DNA of 64,000 bases. Origin: Penicillus capitatus (Eukaryota; Plantae; Chlorophyta). The number at the start of each line of letters is the position of its first letter. Within the stretch, counting starts at the first letter, position 1. Under the pieces are notes generated by a model. That model did not search any database. It worked only from the letters and a program-made list of their open reading frames with translations, and had not been told where the DNA came from. Position numbers and translations under genes: made by a program. Positions 51,860 to 64,000 of this stretch are shown here, piece after piece. Location of the stretch: contig OZ287704.1 in the NCBI GenBank assembly GCA_965649825.1, positions 666,301 to 730,300 of the forward strand, read 5' to 3'.

Positions 51860-52973
51860 CTATGGGACAGCATCTGTTTGCTGGAACCAGGAAGACCATC
51901 CTTTCATCCGTAGGTCCTCTGGGAGCTGCAGCCAAGCCTTTGCAATGGCAGCTGAAAGCACTTCGTCTTGGATCCACGTTTTCTGTGACGGGTGACAAAA
52001 CTGGGACGCAGTGGCACTGGCTCTCTGCTTCATGAATTCTGCTGCTTTGGTAAAGGGGTTCTCTTTCGAAGGAGCAGTCCCCATATTGCCACTCCTCCTG
52101 TCACATCATGTTATGGAGAGTGGATGAAGACCAGAGTAAGCGTGCCTCCTTGCAAGGATGACGGTATCTTCTCTGTGACACGACTTCATGACAAATTCCA
52201 ACAGAGCGAGTTGCTTCCTCTGGACAAAGTAAATGCAGTCAACGGGACACATGTCCATTGCTTCTCGAATCCACTCTTCTTCATCTCCCCATTGATGTGA
52301 CACCCGTGCTCTTCCCCACTCCTCTTCGATGAAAAACGTATTCGATGCACATCCAGTACAGTTTCGACATCCTAGATGTTGTGTGTGATCTGATGGGACA
52401 GCTGTGAATGGAGGGGGTATACCGATACAGTTCGTTTCATCCACAAAAACGGCACGATGCTCGCGATCGCTTCCGAGCCAGTGACTCACAGGTCGGCCAT
52501 CGAAAAATCCATGGAGCTGTCGAAACGCTCGGAGCTCTGCATCGTAAGGACGGCGTAGATCGATATCCATCAAAATCTGATAGGCTTTGTTCAGCAAAAC
52601 GGACAGATCAATCGCGGCATCGCCTACAGCAACGTCCCATCAACCGTCCTCTGGCGCTTAGATAACCTGCAATGTCGGGATGCACCAGTCGCTGCTTCTC
52701 ACGGAAGGCCGCTTTAATCGACGTCACATCAGCTTCTTGACTGATCCCGAGCAGCTCATAGAAATCGCCCGGCGCCGAGGTATTGTACTCGAGGCGAAAA
52801 TCCGGCACCTCTTTGTAGTAATACCGTTCGTCGTCGGTCCACTTGACGAGCGACGTTGCATGGCAGCGCACATCATATTTCCTTCCCGATCGACGTCCTT
52901 TGACCGAAAATCGCTTCACGGGAAAAGCAAAGAGATTTGGATAGAAGGCGACGACGGGTGCCATCCGATCCAC
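51860..52973 (-). CDS. Chloroplast DnaJ-ferredoxin protein (J-domain plus 4Fe-4S; CDJ3/4/5 type)
   Basis: DFYELLG...IKAAFREKQRLVHPD...LNKAYQIL; VFVDETNCIG|CRNCTGCASNTFFIEEEWGRARV...MCPVDCI. Confidence 0.92.
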
Positions 52974-53193
52974 TCAAAATGCAGCAGATGTGCATTTCGT
53001 CAAATTCGAGGCGATCGTCTGTCGGACCGATATACTCGAGACTTCTTCTCTTTTCACGCATTCATTCGTTTCGTCGCTGACGTCTTCGTCGTGCGTTCTG
53101 TCAACGGTCGGTCGCACCAGTCCTTGAACTTTGTGCTTCCGTCTTTCGTCGTCGTTATCATCTGCCACCAATACCGCCACATCGAACGTCATC

Positions 53194-54669
<1,476 letters not shown>

Positions 54670-54937
54670 GCCATCATTCACTACCTCGTGACTTCTCTGT
54701 CGAATGGACATGGATGCAACAACGATGTGTCATTCGGATGTGACGTCCCGCGAGCCGTCAAACGACTGTCGCGTAGGCTTGATCCGATTGATCCTCTAGA
54801 AACGACGTATAAATACCGCCCATCGTTGTCGCGTCTTGTGTTGCTTACGCTTGTGTTGTGGCCTTCGCGGATACTCGAGTCCTCACCGCTCAAGTGCACC
54901 GTCGTCGAAGCCATACGCTTACCACAAAGAATCCGAG

Positions 54938-56403
54938 ATGCGTGAAGTTGTTTCCATTCACATCGGCCAGGCCGGCATCCAGGTCGGCAATGCCTGCTGG
55001 GAGCTCTACTGTTTGGAGCATGGCATTCAACCCGACGGCCAAGTTGGACAACAGTCCGCAACGACCACGCCGCTAAGCAATGCCTTGACTGTCTAGTTGC
55101 CATCTGATAAGACACTCGGCGTAGAGGACGATGCGTTCAATGCCTTCTTCTCCGAGACGGGCACGGGGAAACATGTTCCCCGCTGCGTTTTTATGGACCT
55201 CGAGCCGACGGTTGTCGACGAAGTCCGCGCTGGCACTTACCGTCAGCTCTTCCACCCCGAACAGCTCATCTCCGGCAAAGAAGACGCAGCCAACAACTTC
55301 GCCCGTGGGCACTACACCGTCGGTAAGCGTCTCGATGCTCAGCAAAACGGACGGTTGACGGACGTGGTGCTGCAGGGAAGGAGATTGTTGATTTTTGCTT
55401 AGACCGCATTCGTCGTCTGGTCGATAACTGCACCGGTCTGCAAGGCTTCCTCGTGTTCAATGCTGTGGGAGGCGGAACCGGTTCTGGTCTCGGCTCTCTT
55501 CTTCTCGAGCGTCTCTCTGTCGACTACGGACGAAAGAGCAAGCTCTCGTTCTCCATCTATCCTTCTCCCCAAGTCTCGACAGCCGTCGTCGAGCCCTACA
55601 ACTCTGTCTTGTCCACGCATTCCTTGCTGGAGCATACAGATGTCGCTGTCATCTTGGACAACGAGGCCGTCTATGACATCTGCCGTCGTTCCTTGGACAT
55701 CGAGAGGCCAACGTACACCAATCTGAATCGCCTCATTGCTCAGGTCATTTCATCTTTGACGACCTCTCTGCGTTTCGATGGCGCCCTCAATGTGGATATC
55801 ACTGAGTTTCAGACAAATCTGGTGCCATATCCTCGCATTCACTTCATGTTGAGCAGTTTTGCTCCGATTATCTCAGCGGAGAAAGCTTACCATGAGCAGC
55901 TCTCGGTGCCACAGATCACCAATGTGGCGTTCGAGCCCAACAACATGTTGGTGAAATGCGATCCCCGTCACGGAAAGTACATCGCCTGTTGTTTGATGTA
56001 CCGCGGAGATGTCGTCCCCAAGGACGTCAACGTCGCCGTCTCTTCCGTGAAGACGAAGCGTACCATTCAGTTTGTCGACTGGTCTCCAGCAGGTTTCAAG
56101 GTTGGTATTAACTATCAGCCACCAACTGTCGTCCCGGGCGGAGATTTGGCCAAACTGCAGCGTGCTGTCTGTATGATTTCCAACTCGACGGCCATCGCCG
56201 AAGTCTTCAACAGACTTGACCATAAATTCGATCTGATGTATGCCAAGAGGGCCTTCGTCCATTGGTATGTCGGTGAGGGTATGGAAGAGGGTGAATTCTC
56301 AGAGGCCCGTGAAGATCTGGCGGCTCTGGAGAAAGATTACGAGGAGGCTGGTGCTGAGTCGGCAGAAGATGAGGAGGATGATGACGATGGAGAAGAGTAT
56401 TAG
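54938..56403 (+). CDS. TUA: Alpha-tubulin 2 (divergent tandem paralog)
   Basis: [13 protein letters not shown]...[14 protein letters not shown]...DDDDGEEY; same two intron positions as the upstream copy. Confidence 0.98.
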
Positions 56404-56561
56404 ATGCCATGATTGGTTTCTGGCCTCAATTCCAATAGACACACATTGTTGCGGGACATGAAATCTATCATCTGCATCCAGTGAATGCTGCATGATTCCT
56501 TTTCTTTGCATTCTCTCTGCCTTCAACATGATTGATGTGACACGTGTGGATTGAGTGTGCA

Positions 56562-56566
56562 TGTAA
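56562..56566 (+). promoter_or_regulatory. Putative chlorophyte polyadenylation signal TGTAA for alpha-tubulin 2
   Basis: TGTAA about 160 nt after the stop codon; UGUAA is the established poly(A) signal in Chlamydomonas. Confidence 0.4.
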
Positions 56567-56720
56567 TTTGAAGGGTCAGGCCGAGGAGAGTTTGCTGCTG
56601 TAGATGCTGCTCTGATAAAGCAGATTTGATTTCGACTCTTTCGCGCACGTCACATCGCAATAACGTCTTCTCGATGAAAAGACATCGGAAAGTCCGTTTC
56701 TATACCTTCTTGGTCGACAT

Positions 56721-57332
56721 GTGGCGGTAAGGAATGTTGCCAAACGAGCAGTCGTGGGAGGAGCGACGTCGCATCAGCGACAAAGCATCGATAGTGAAAA
56801 TGCGACGCTGCGTCTCGCGAAAGATCCAGAAATCGACGACGATTCGAAAGAACCGTCGCCTCTCCGTTTCAACAACACCTCGCATTCGGATGGGTGTTGG
56901 GATTGATAGAGAACGCACTAACAGCGAAGAATTGATACAACTGCTCGTTCAAGACGGTCCTGATCGAATGGGATCCACATGGGAAGATGAGCAATGCCGA
57001 ATGGAGCAGCGCCGTCAGGCAGACATCGATCAACGCATTGACGCCATCGCCTCCTTCTCCACCATTCCTTACCTATCGACCACGGAGACGACCGATGTGC
57101 AGCAACGACTTTACAAAGGCTCAACACCGTCACACGATCCCTCTAGGTGAATTGGGATGCGCTCGTGGAAAGAGAGGCTGTCCTGGAAGCTGATGTGTTG
57201 ATCGATTTGAGCTTTGGTAGTACATTAAGAGATGAAGATTTCGAAAACGTGTCCTGTATCGAAGGTGTGCAAAAGAGCGGAGATGATGGCGTCCATGTAG
57301 CGTCTGAGCCTTCAGAGCTGCCCCTTCTTTAG
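56721..57332 (+). CDS. Hypothetical protein
   Basis: Overlapping ORFs with acidic, protein-like composition can be joined by short introns; no recognisable motif. Confidence 0.35.
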
Positions 57333-57460
57333 TGGCTGAATTGAGAAAGGTGGTGTTCGTGGGGGGAGATTTGATTGGTCTTTTGGTTGCCGTGCATCCA
57401 GTGTTGTCGTCCTTTAAATGATGGTGCCAATGTCATTTGGATAGTGGCGGTTCTGTCACA

Positions 57461-58710
57461 ATGCACAGAACGACGGAGGCGATTCTCGCGTGTCAGATAT
57501 CGTCGTGGTATGCACGATTCTCTCATCTCTGCTATCCGCGTCGCCTCCTGCCTTTGACGAAAGAATTCGCGGAGTATCTCACTTCCGACCGCGTGTTTGC
57601 GAAACGCACGACACGACTGGTGAAGGACATCTATCTGAAGATGTTCCTCCGCTCACTCCTGTCCAGTTTGGAGGTGCTACTGTCGACGATGCGTCCGATG
57701 CCGATGCCGATGCCGATGCCGATGCATCGACTTCGAGCCATTCAGACGATGACGACCTGCCTTTCGCAGACATCACAGCGTCGATCGAGCGTAACGCGCA
57801 GCAGTTCTTTCAACGCCAGCGCTTTATGCCAGTCGATTTCTGCCTGCAGAAATGATCATCGAGCTTGGCGGCGCCGTGGTGCCAAAACTTAACTGGAGTG
57901 CTCCGAAGGATGCCATCTGGCTGTCACCAGACAAACAACTCAAGTGCACGTGTGCTGAAGAGGCATAGATGCTGCCACGCCGTTCTCACAATGTTACTTA
58001 CACAATGCTCACAGGTCGTTTTATTTTTGAAGAGTTCGGATCGCATCGCCCACGACATCTGTTCCCCATTCGATGCCTCCTCCTCTTCCGTCGAGTCCTT
58101 GGAGTTTGTGCTCAGTCTCAGCAAATTCTACTCTCTGATGCCGCATTCAGAATTCCGATGCTTTGTCAAGTGTGATCGACTGGTTGGCATTTCGCAACGA
58201 GATATCTCGCAATTTTTTCCGCAAGTCGTTGGAGAGGCAGAAAGAATTCGCCGTTTGTGTCTAGCATGGTTCGAAGAACACCTTCGCTCACATTTCAGCT
58301 TACCCCAATGTCAAGCACACCTATCATCGGTCCGAGCGTTCTGAAAGACAGCTATGGATGTGTAGATTCTTTTGATGTGTACATCACAAGGAACGACAAG
58401 ATCAAACTGCTGGATTTCAATGCTGTCTGCACAACATCTTCACCGTTGTTGTTTGCGTGGGAAGATCTGGGAATGGATCCTCAGAATCCGCCGCTCGAAG
58501 ATACAGGTGTCATGACGCCTGCCTCATCCGTAGCAAGTAAAGCTGATGATGGACGTAGGAGTCGGAGAGGTTCCGGTTCGCTTTGTCCAGGACGACGGTT
58601 CGTTCATGATGGGGTCGACATTTGCCGTCTCGATGCCGTACGACATGGTCGGGTGTTCTTTAGCAGACGCCCTCGAGAAGATGCAAAACGCAGACCATCA
58701 CCAAAACTGA
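57461..58710 (+). CDS. CDC123: Cell division cycle protein 123 (D123, ATP-grasp eIF2 assembly factor)
   Basis: [57 protein letters not shown]...LLDFN...PLLFAWE. Confidence 0.95.
57697..57725 (+). repeat. (GATGCC)4.8 coding microsatellite encoding (Asp-Ala)n in CDC123
   Basis: GATGCC x4 plus GATGC inside the acidic loop [15 protein letters not shown]. Confidence 0.9.
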
Positions 58711-58965
58711 CATTTATGGACAAGAGAGCAGTTGGCTATATCCCGTTAGACACCTCATCGATAGAAGGTCACACATGTTCACAAGAGTGAGATCTTTGTT
58801 ATTCGTCTGTCTGTCTACATCAAGCAAGCACCACAAGGGACGCTATCTTCTAATCGTCATGCAAACGACAACCGTTTTATGTATTTGGAATCTGTTGTGA
58901 TCGGTGCTGAAGATGCCGCAGCACGATCAGGGAATGCGCATCGCACTGTCAGTCTGCTAACTATC

Positions 58966-60484
58966 TCATGTCGCTTCTGCATCTTCTTTTACCATTTCTG
59001 GAGTGCCGTTGACGGTCGTCGTGGCCTCCTCCCTTGGCAGAATCTCACACTGTGCATGATTCTACACGGCACGTTATTACGATGGATGAGGGAAAGCTGA
59101 CCAGCACACCTGCAGCAAATGATCTGCCAATACCATCGCCACCATCGCCTCGACCATTGGCACGGCGCGTGGAACAACGCATGGATCGTGTCTTCCGCGA
59201 GCTCTCAGCTCTGTCTCTTTCCCCGTTCGCGTCACCGTGTTTTGTCGTTTGGTGATAGTCGATGTCGGTTTGAAAGCGATTCGCACTACGATGTTCTCTC
59301 CATTAGAGATGCCTCCTTGAACGCCGCCAGATCGATTTGTCTTCGTACGAATGCGATCGCCATCCATATAGAACGCATCGTTATGTTCGCTGCCTGTCAT
59401 CCTCGATCCGGCAAATCCACTTCCGATCTCAAATCCCTGAATCAGAGTGCTAACGGCAGGGGCATTGTCTCGCGTATTCTGACTTTGGTGGCAGGGAGTG
59501 ACATCATGGCTTGGGCTAGATCGGCTTCGAGTTTGCCGAAAACGGGAGATCCGAGTCCTCGTGGACATCCCCGTACCACACATGTCACTTCACCACCACA
59601 CGACTCACCCTTCGTACGAACCGCATTGATGGCTACACAAAAACGGCATCACCTCCTGACCCCGTTTCAGTCAACCGGCACTGTCACCATCAATCATTTT
59701 CTGAGCGCCGACGGGATCGGGGCAACGAACAATGTTCTGCTCAACCTCTTCAACCGTAAAGCGATCCAGATCCACATCGCAAACCACTTCGTGCACTCGA
59801 TTGACAAACGCCAAGATCTAATATCCATATTTCCCGCACTCAAGATGTGCATCGTCAAAGCGCGAAGAGATCTGTGACCTCTGTGCCAGCAACGGCATGA
59901 AGGAGCTTCTTCGCAAGAGCCCCTGCCGCCACACGTCCAATCGTTTCTCTGGCCGATGATCGTCCGCCGCCAGCCACCGCACGAATCCCGTACTTAAAGT
60001 CATACGTCGCATCAGCGTGGGATGGCCTAATGTCTCCATCTCACACTTTTGCGCGTCTATGCAGATGGGGGTACCGGTATGCCACTTCCATTTCGGCATA
60101 GTCCTTCGATTTTTGGTCTTTGTTTCGAACGAGCACGGCCACAGGTGTTCCGAGAGTGATACCATCGACGACACCCGATAGGATTTCGCATCGATCCTCT
60201 TCGTTGCGAGGCGTCGTGATGATACTCTGCCCAGGTCTCCTTCGATCCAATTCACGCTGAATCTCTTCTTCCGTGATTGGCAGACGCGGCGGCACGCCAT
60301 CGATGACGCAGCCGACCCCTTTGCCATGCGATTCACCAAAGGTGGTGACGCGAAATGTCGTCCCGAAGCAGCTGCCGGCTGACATGGTTACGAATCGACG
60401 ACGCTTGCGTGCGGCGGGCCGAGAACGATGGAGCGAAAAGCGCAGACACGGCAACGGTCCATTGAACGTAGCCAGACGCAACAT
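58966..60484 (-). CDS. aroC: Chorismate synthase, plastid-targeted
   Basis: [79 protein letters not shown]. Confidence 0.98.
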
Positions 60485-60518
60485 GATCCGTGCGCGTGGG
60501 ATTGTGCAATTGACGTGA

Positions 60519-61468
60519 ATGGTTTTGGTTCTGGTACTTCATACCCTCGACGACATTACGGCCACGGTGCCGATGTGCGTCATCCTCCTCAACGACATGC
60601 AGATACGCAAACAGATACCCGAAGGCTTTCATCTGCGAGAGGCACGTGTGACGCATCGGATGGAGCGTGCAGAAGTGTCATGCATCTCCAGGTGGTTCCC
60701 ACGACAGGACAGACATCGACCAGTATATGGGATGTCACAGACCTCGCTTTCTTTTCTGAATGGCTCGGACAGAGCCTTGGTCCGGGTGTCACGCATTCTG
60801 TTATGGAAGTGTGTGAATCGAGCTGCGAAGACGGATGCTTTGCTGAAAGAGTGAGTGCGGTGTTAGATTGTGGAGCGGTTTTCGATTGGACTGATGGGGC
60901 ATGTCAAGCAAGCACGGACGGCAGAGAAGGCCAAAAACCAACTGGCAGCCATATCGACCTCGACAAAGACGGCAGTCTCGAAAGCAGGAGAACAGGTAAA
61001 GAGGCACTGAGTCCAATGTCTGAGCAAAGATGCTGTGTTGCAGTTGACTGAGTTTGACAAGAAGTATGATATTTCGGAGCGAACGTCGCAGACCTTTAAA
61101 GTGTGATCTCGCTCAATAACGGACGGAGTCTTTGAATTGTTGCTGGCAGAAAATGTCGACGGCAGCATCTCAGGCAAAAGAACGCGCCATGGAGAATCCG
61201 ACAATAAACCGCGTCTCGACCAATGTCAACGCTGGTGTACAAGCTGGAATGTAGGATCCTGTGCATGGCCACAATACGTCCCATCATCACACTATTGCGT
61301 AGAAAATCAATGGGATTGGGCATTGACTGGGCCCGGCAGCGTCTGTCGGGATCACTGGGGGGCGGGACATCACCTGCACGTACACAGCCGGGAAATCCAC
61401 CGACAGAGCCTCCTGTCAATCAAGCGCCTCCCGTTTCGACCACTGCTCCTCCGCCGGCGACACGGTAG
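60519..61468 (+). CDS. Hypothetical protein with amphipathic helical core and Pro-rich tail; start uncertain (60519, 60572 or 60597)
   Basis: Six segments join in frame through 50-60-nt introns (...GFHLRE|VVPTTG...SVME|IVERFSIG...AGEQ|[19 protein letters not shown]|KMSTAA...). Confidence 0.5.
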
Positions 61469-61622
61469 AACGGATCAAGATCTGTTGATGTGACAGAAAA
61501 ATGAGAGATTGTTGGACTAGGGTGGAAGGCAACAGGGAAGCGGTTTTTGATCTTGAAGGCGATGACGACGGAGCATGACGACTTGTATGTTTTGACGTGA
61601 CGTCTCAATCAGCTTATCGGCC

Positions 61623-62612
61623 ATGCGTTGTGTAGTGTCCTTCGCTCGACGACCGGCCCGCATCGTCAACCGTCGCTGCTACAGAAGGCGGCCCGCTCTC
61701 GTTGTGCACAGACGACGTTTGGTGACATCGGCATCGCCTGTCGAAGATGAAGTCGCGACACAGACGCCCGTTGTCCTAACCGACCTTCAACTCGGCGAAT
61801 TGCGACAGAAGTTTCCTCAGAAGAACGGAAAATACGACATCGAAGCGATCCGTGTCCTCGAACAGGACGTCGGCCTGCCATTGAAAGACTGGTTTCCACA
61901 GGAAGACATCGACGCCATCCTCCGTCAAGGATACGTATCGTTCGATCAGTTCTCCCGACTGTGCCAGGCGAACCTCATCTTGGAAGGAAAGCTCAAAGAG
62001 TACCGTGCCGCTTTCGATGCCGTGGACACGAGTGGCAACGGGACCATCGGTTACGATGAGCTTTCTGATCTCCTACAGTTTCTCAATACGTCGCTGTCGG
62101 ATGCCAAGATCACAGAACAGATGGTGAAGTACGATATGGACAAATCGGGACAGATTGAGTTCAATGAATTTCTGTTGATGTTCCACAATCAGTTCTTGGA
62201 TCTGAAAGAGGTGCTGCAGTATACGAAACGGGCAGATCAGACGCCGCCAGAGAAGGCAGGGTTGATTCGACTGAAGGATGGTGAAGTGACAAAGATTTTC
62301 AGAGAGGAGGAGTTTGACGAGATTCTGAATCGTAATCCGCAGAAGCTCGTTGCCGTGTTCGCAGGACTCACCTGGTGTCGACCCTGTCGAGCTATGAACA
62401 GGACCTACGAGAAATTTGCCGTACACTATCCAGATGTCATCTTCCTGAAATTCTTCGGAAACGCCAATTCGAGCACGAAGCGTCTCTTTGTGCAGAGGCT
62501 CAAGGCCGAGGCGACACCGGCTTTCTTCTTCTTTAAGAACAATGAAATGGTCCATTCGCACACGGGAAAGGACAAAGAGAAGTTTGAACGGTATTTGAGG
62601 GAGTATATGTAG
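61623..62612 (+). CDS. CRX: Calredoxin-like protein (EF-hands plus thioredoxin WCRPC), intronless, plastid-targeted
   Basis: R/A-rich transit peptide; EF loops DTSGNGTIGYDE and DMDKSGQIEFNE; thioredoxin TWCRPCR...EATPAFFFF. Confidence 0.9.
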   Translation: MRCVVSFARRPARIVNRRCYRRRPALVVHRRRLVTSASPVEDEVATQTPVVLTDLQLGELRQKFPQKNGKYDIEAIRVLEQDVGLPLKDWFPQEDIDAILRQGYVSFDQFSRLCQANLILEGKLKEYRAAFDAVDTSGNGTIGYDELSDLLQFLNTSLSDAKITEQMVKYDMDKSGQIEFNEFLLMFHNQFLDLKEVLQYTKRADQTPPEKAGLIRLKDGEVTKIFREEEFDEILNRNPQKLVAVFAGLTWCRPCRAMNRTYEKFAVHYPDVIFLKFFGNANSSTKRLFVQRLKAEATPAFFFFKNNEMVHSHTGKDKEKFERYLREYM

Positions 62613-62680
62613 TTGTAACCGTACTCGATTCTTTCTTAAGACAAAGTGTGATCGGCAACGTCTGGCGTCATCCCAGAAAG

Positions 62681-62685
62681 TGTAA
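62681..62685 (+). promoter_or_regulatory. Putative polyadenylation signal TGTAA for calredoxin
   Basis: TGTAA 69 nt after the stop codon (another copy at 62614). Confidence 0.35.
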
Positions 62686-63234
62686 CTGGATGCTGCTGTG
62701 AGAGCTTCTGTATATGCAGGTCATAGAGATGCATACTTGCCTGTGCGTCTCATGCTATACCCATCGAATGAACGATGGTCAAAAGCACATTCGACCTTAC
62801 ATCTTGTATCTTACCTTAGATGGTGACCATCATGGGAGAGGGCGCAGTGAAGAAACGCGGCATCTGATCAGTCAGTCGCCTCAAAATCAAAGGAAGAAAG
62901 GTGAGAAGGATGCATGCGTGGGCAACAAGTGCTGCTCCTGCGCTACCCCATCACTGACGTGCCTTTCCTATTTCTCACGTACGGTTAGAACACACGTGGG
63001 TGGTTGATGACGTGGTGGAGCTGATCGTATCCTTCCTTTGTGTCGACACAGTACTAAATCCGTTCGCTGTCGTTGTCACTTCTCACCTGGCTATCATATA
63101 CCTCATTGTATTTGCTGTGATATCCTGACGGGACGTGTTGAACTTCGAGGCAGCATAAAATCAACGGCGTATGTCTATTCTACATTCTCAGTTTTTGGAG
63201 CAACTTTCCTGCCATCAGGAAAGTTTGTTGAACT

Positions 63235-64000
63235 ATGGAGCCACCCACAGCGCGACGAGGCGCCCTACTTTGCCTCATCTGTTTTTCTTTTCTCGCGGTA
63301 CTGCTGCCGCAAGCTACAGCAGAAGGTTTCCTTGCTGAAGAGATTCCACTCGAAATCGTTACCGTCACACCGTCGGCTCTTCTCGACGGCGGACGCGTTT
63401 CCGTTGAAGAAAAACAAACAATCACCGTACCCAAACGCACTTCTCTCGGAAAACAGTTGACCTTCGGTTATAATGGCTGCTTAGGCTGTCTTCAGCCGTC
63501 CCGTCATTGCGCTTGGGGCCGATTTCGGCGTCGAAGAATTGCCAGTCAATCTGGTTCCTTTCACGCTGTCGCCCGAAGTTCCCGGACGACTTCGCTGGGT
63601 AACGACCTATATCGCTCGATTCGATACGGACGAAAACTGGCCACTCGATCTTCATGTGACGCTAAAGTGGAATGCCGATCTCACGACATATGACGGTCGT
63701 GCTTCGGACATGTCCCTCGTGTGCTTATGGGCATGTCTACGATGCTGTAGGTGTCAAGCTGCTGCTTCCGAGTGGACCGACGGCACTTTTGAAAACGCCG
63801 TCGAATCGCATGTCCATTGAAGATATCGTCAGTCAGACGGCGAATAATCTTACCAGCAACAACTGGTCGGCATTCGACGGACTGGACTCTGATATTCTTC
63901 CGGAACGTGTTCAGGACGGTGCGCGCCCCGTTCATCTTCATCTACCAATCACTCTTCTATGGTTCTAGGTGTGATTGAACTGAAATTTGATGCGCCAGTG
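63235..64000 (+). CDS. Secreted protein whose N-terminus resembles bacterial-type alpha-2-macroglobulin; truncated by the window end
   Basis: Signal peptide, then QTIT|AVFSRPVIALG...PFTLSPEVPGRLRWVTTYIARFD..ENWP, resembling the Ig-like (Big_5-type) N-terminal domain of bacterial A2M. Confidence 0.55.

Noticed and set aside
62714-63200. ORFs between calredoxin and the A2M-like gene
   Set aside because: No motifs; consistent with UTR or promoter sequence.

Overview
Eukaryotic nuclear DNA from a chlorophyte green alga (inferred from PsaL, Ycf54, PETs, PSRP1, calredoxin and DnaJ-ferredoxin; species not determinable). It uses the standard genetic code and has many short introns of about 46-70 nt. 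The window is extremely gene-dense, with about 32 protein genes plus one tRNA-Ile(AAT), mostly in head-to-head or tail-to-tail pairs often only ~35-110 bp apart. It includes flagellar genes (CFAP44, a kinesin-9-like motor), plastid genes, housekeeping genes (GALK, KLHDC4, SEC8, RPL19, CGI121, ATG2, RFC3, DGAT2, CDC123), two tandem alpha-tubulins and two inverted PLAC8 paralogs. No mobile element, CRISPR array or rRNA was seen. The most notable signals are: (1) the 8-mer GATGTGAC/GTCACATC, found at least 24 times, mostly in introns and intergenic DNA and in both orientations; (2) at least six GC-AG introns; (3) a probable catalytically dead metacaspase; (4) an IQ motif inside KLHDC4; (5) a beta-helix/Cys-rich/multi-TM receptor-like protein; (6) a bacterial-type alpha-2-macroglobulin-like gene cut by the window end; (7) stopless 3n introns, one splitting a 4Fe-4S motif. 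All gene models were spliced by eye and protein identities come from recalled family motifs, not database searches.
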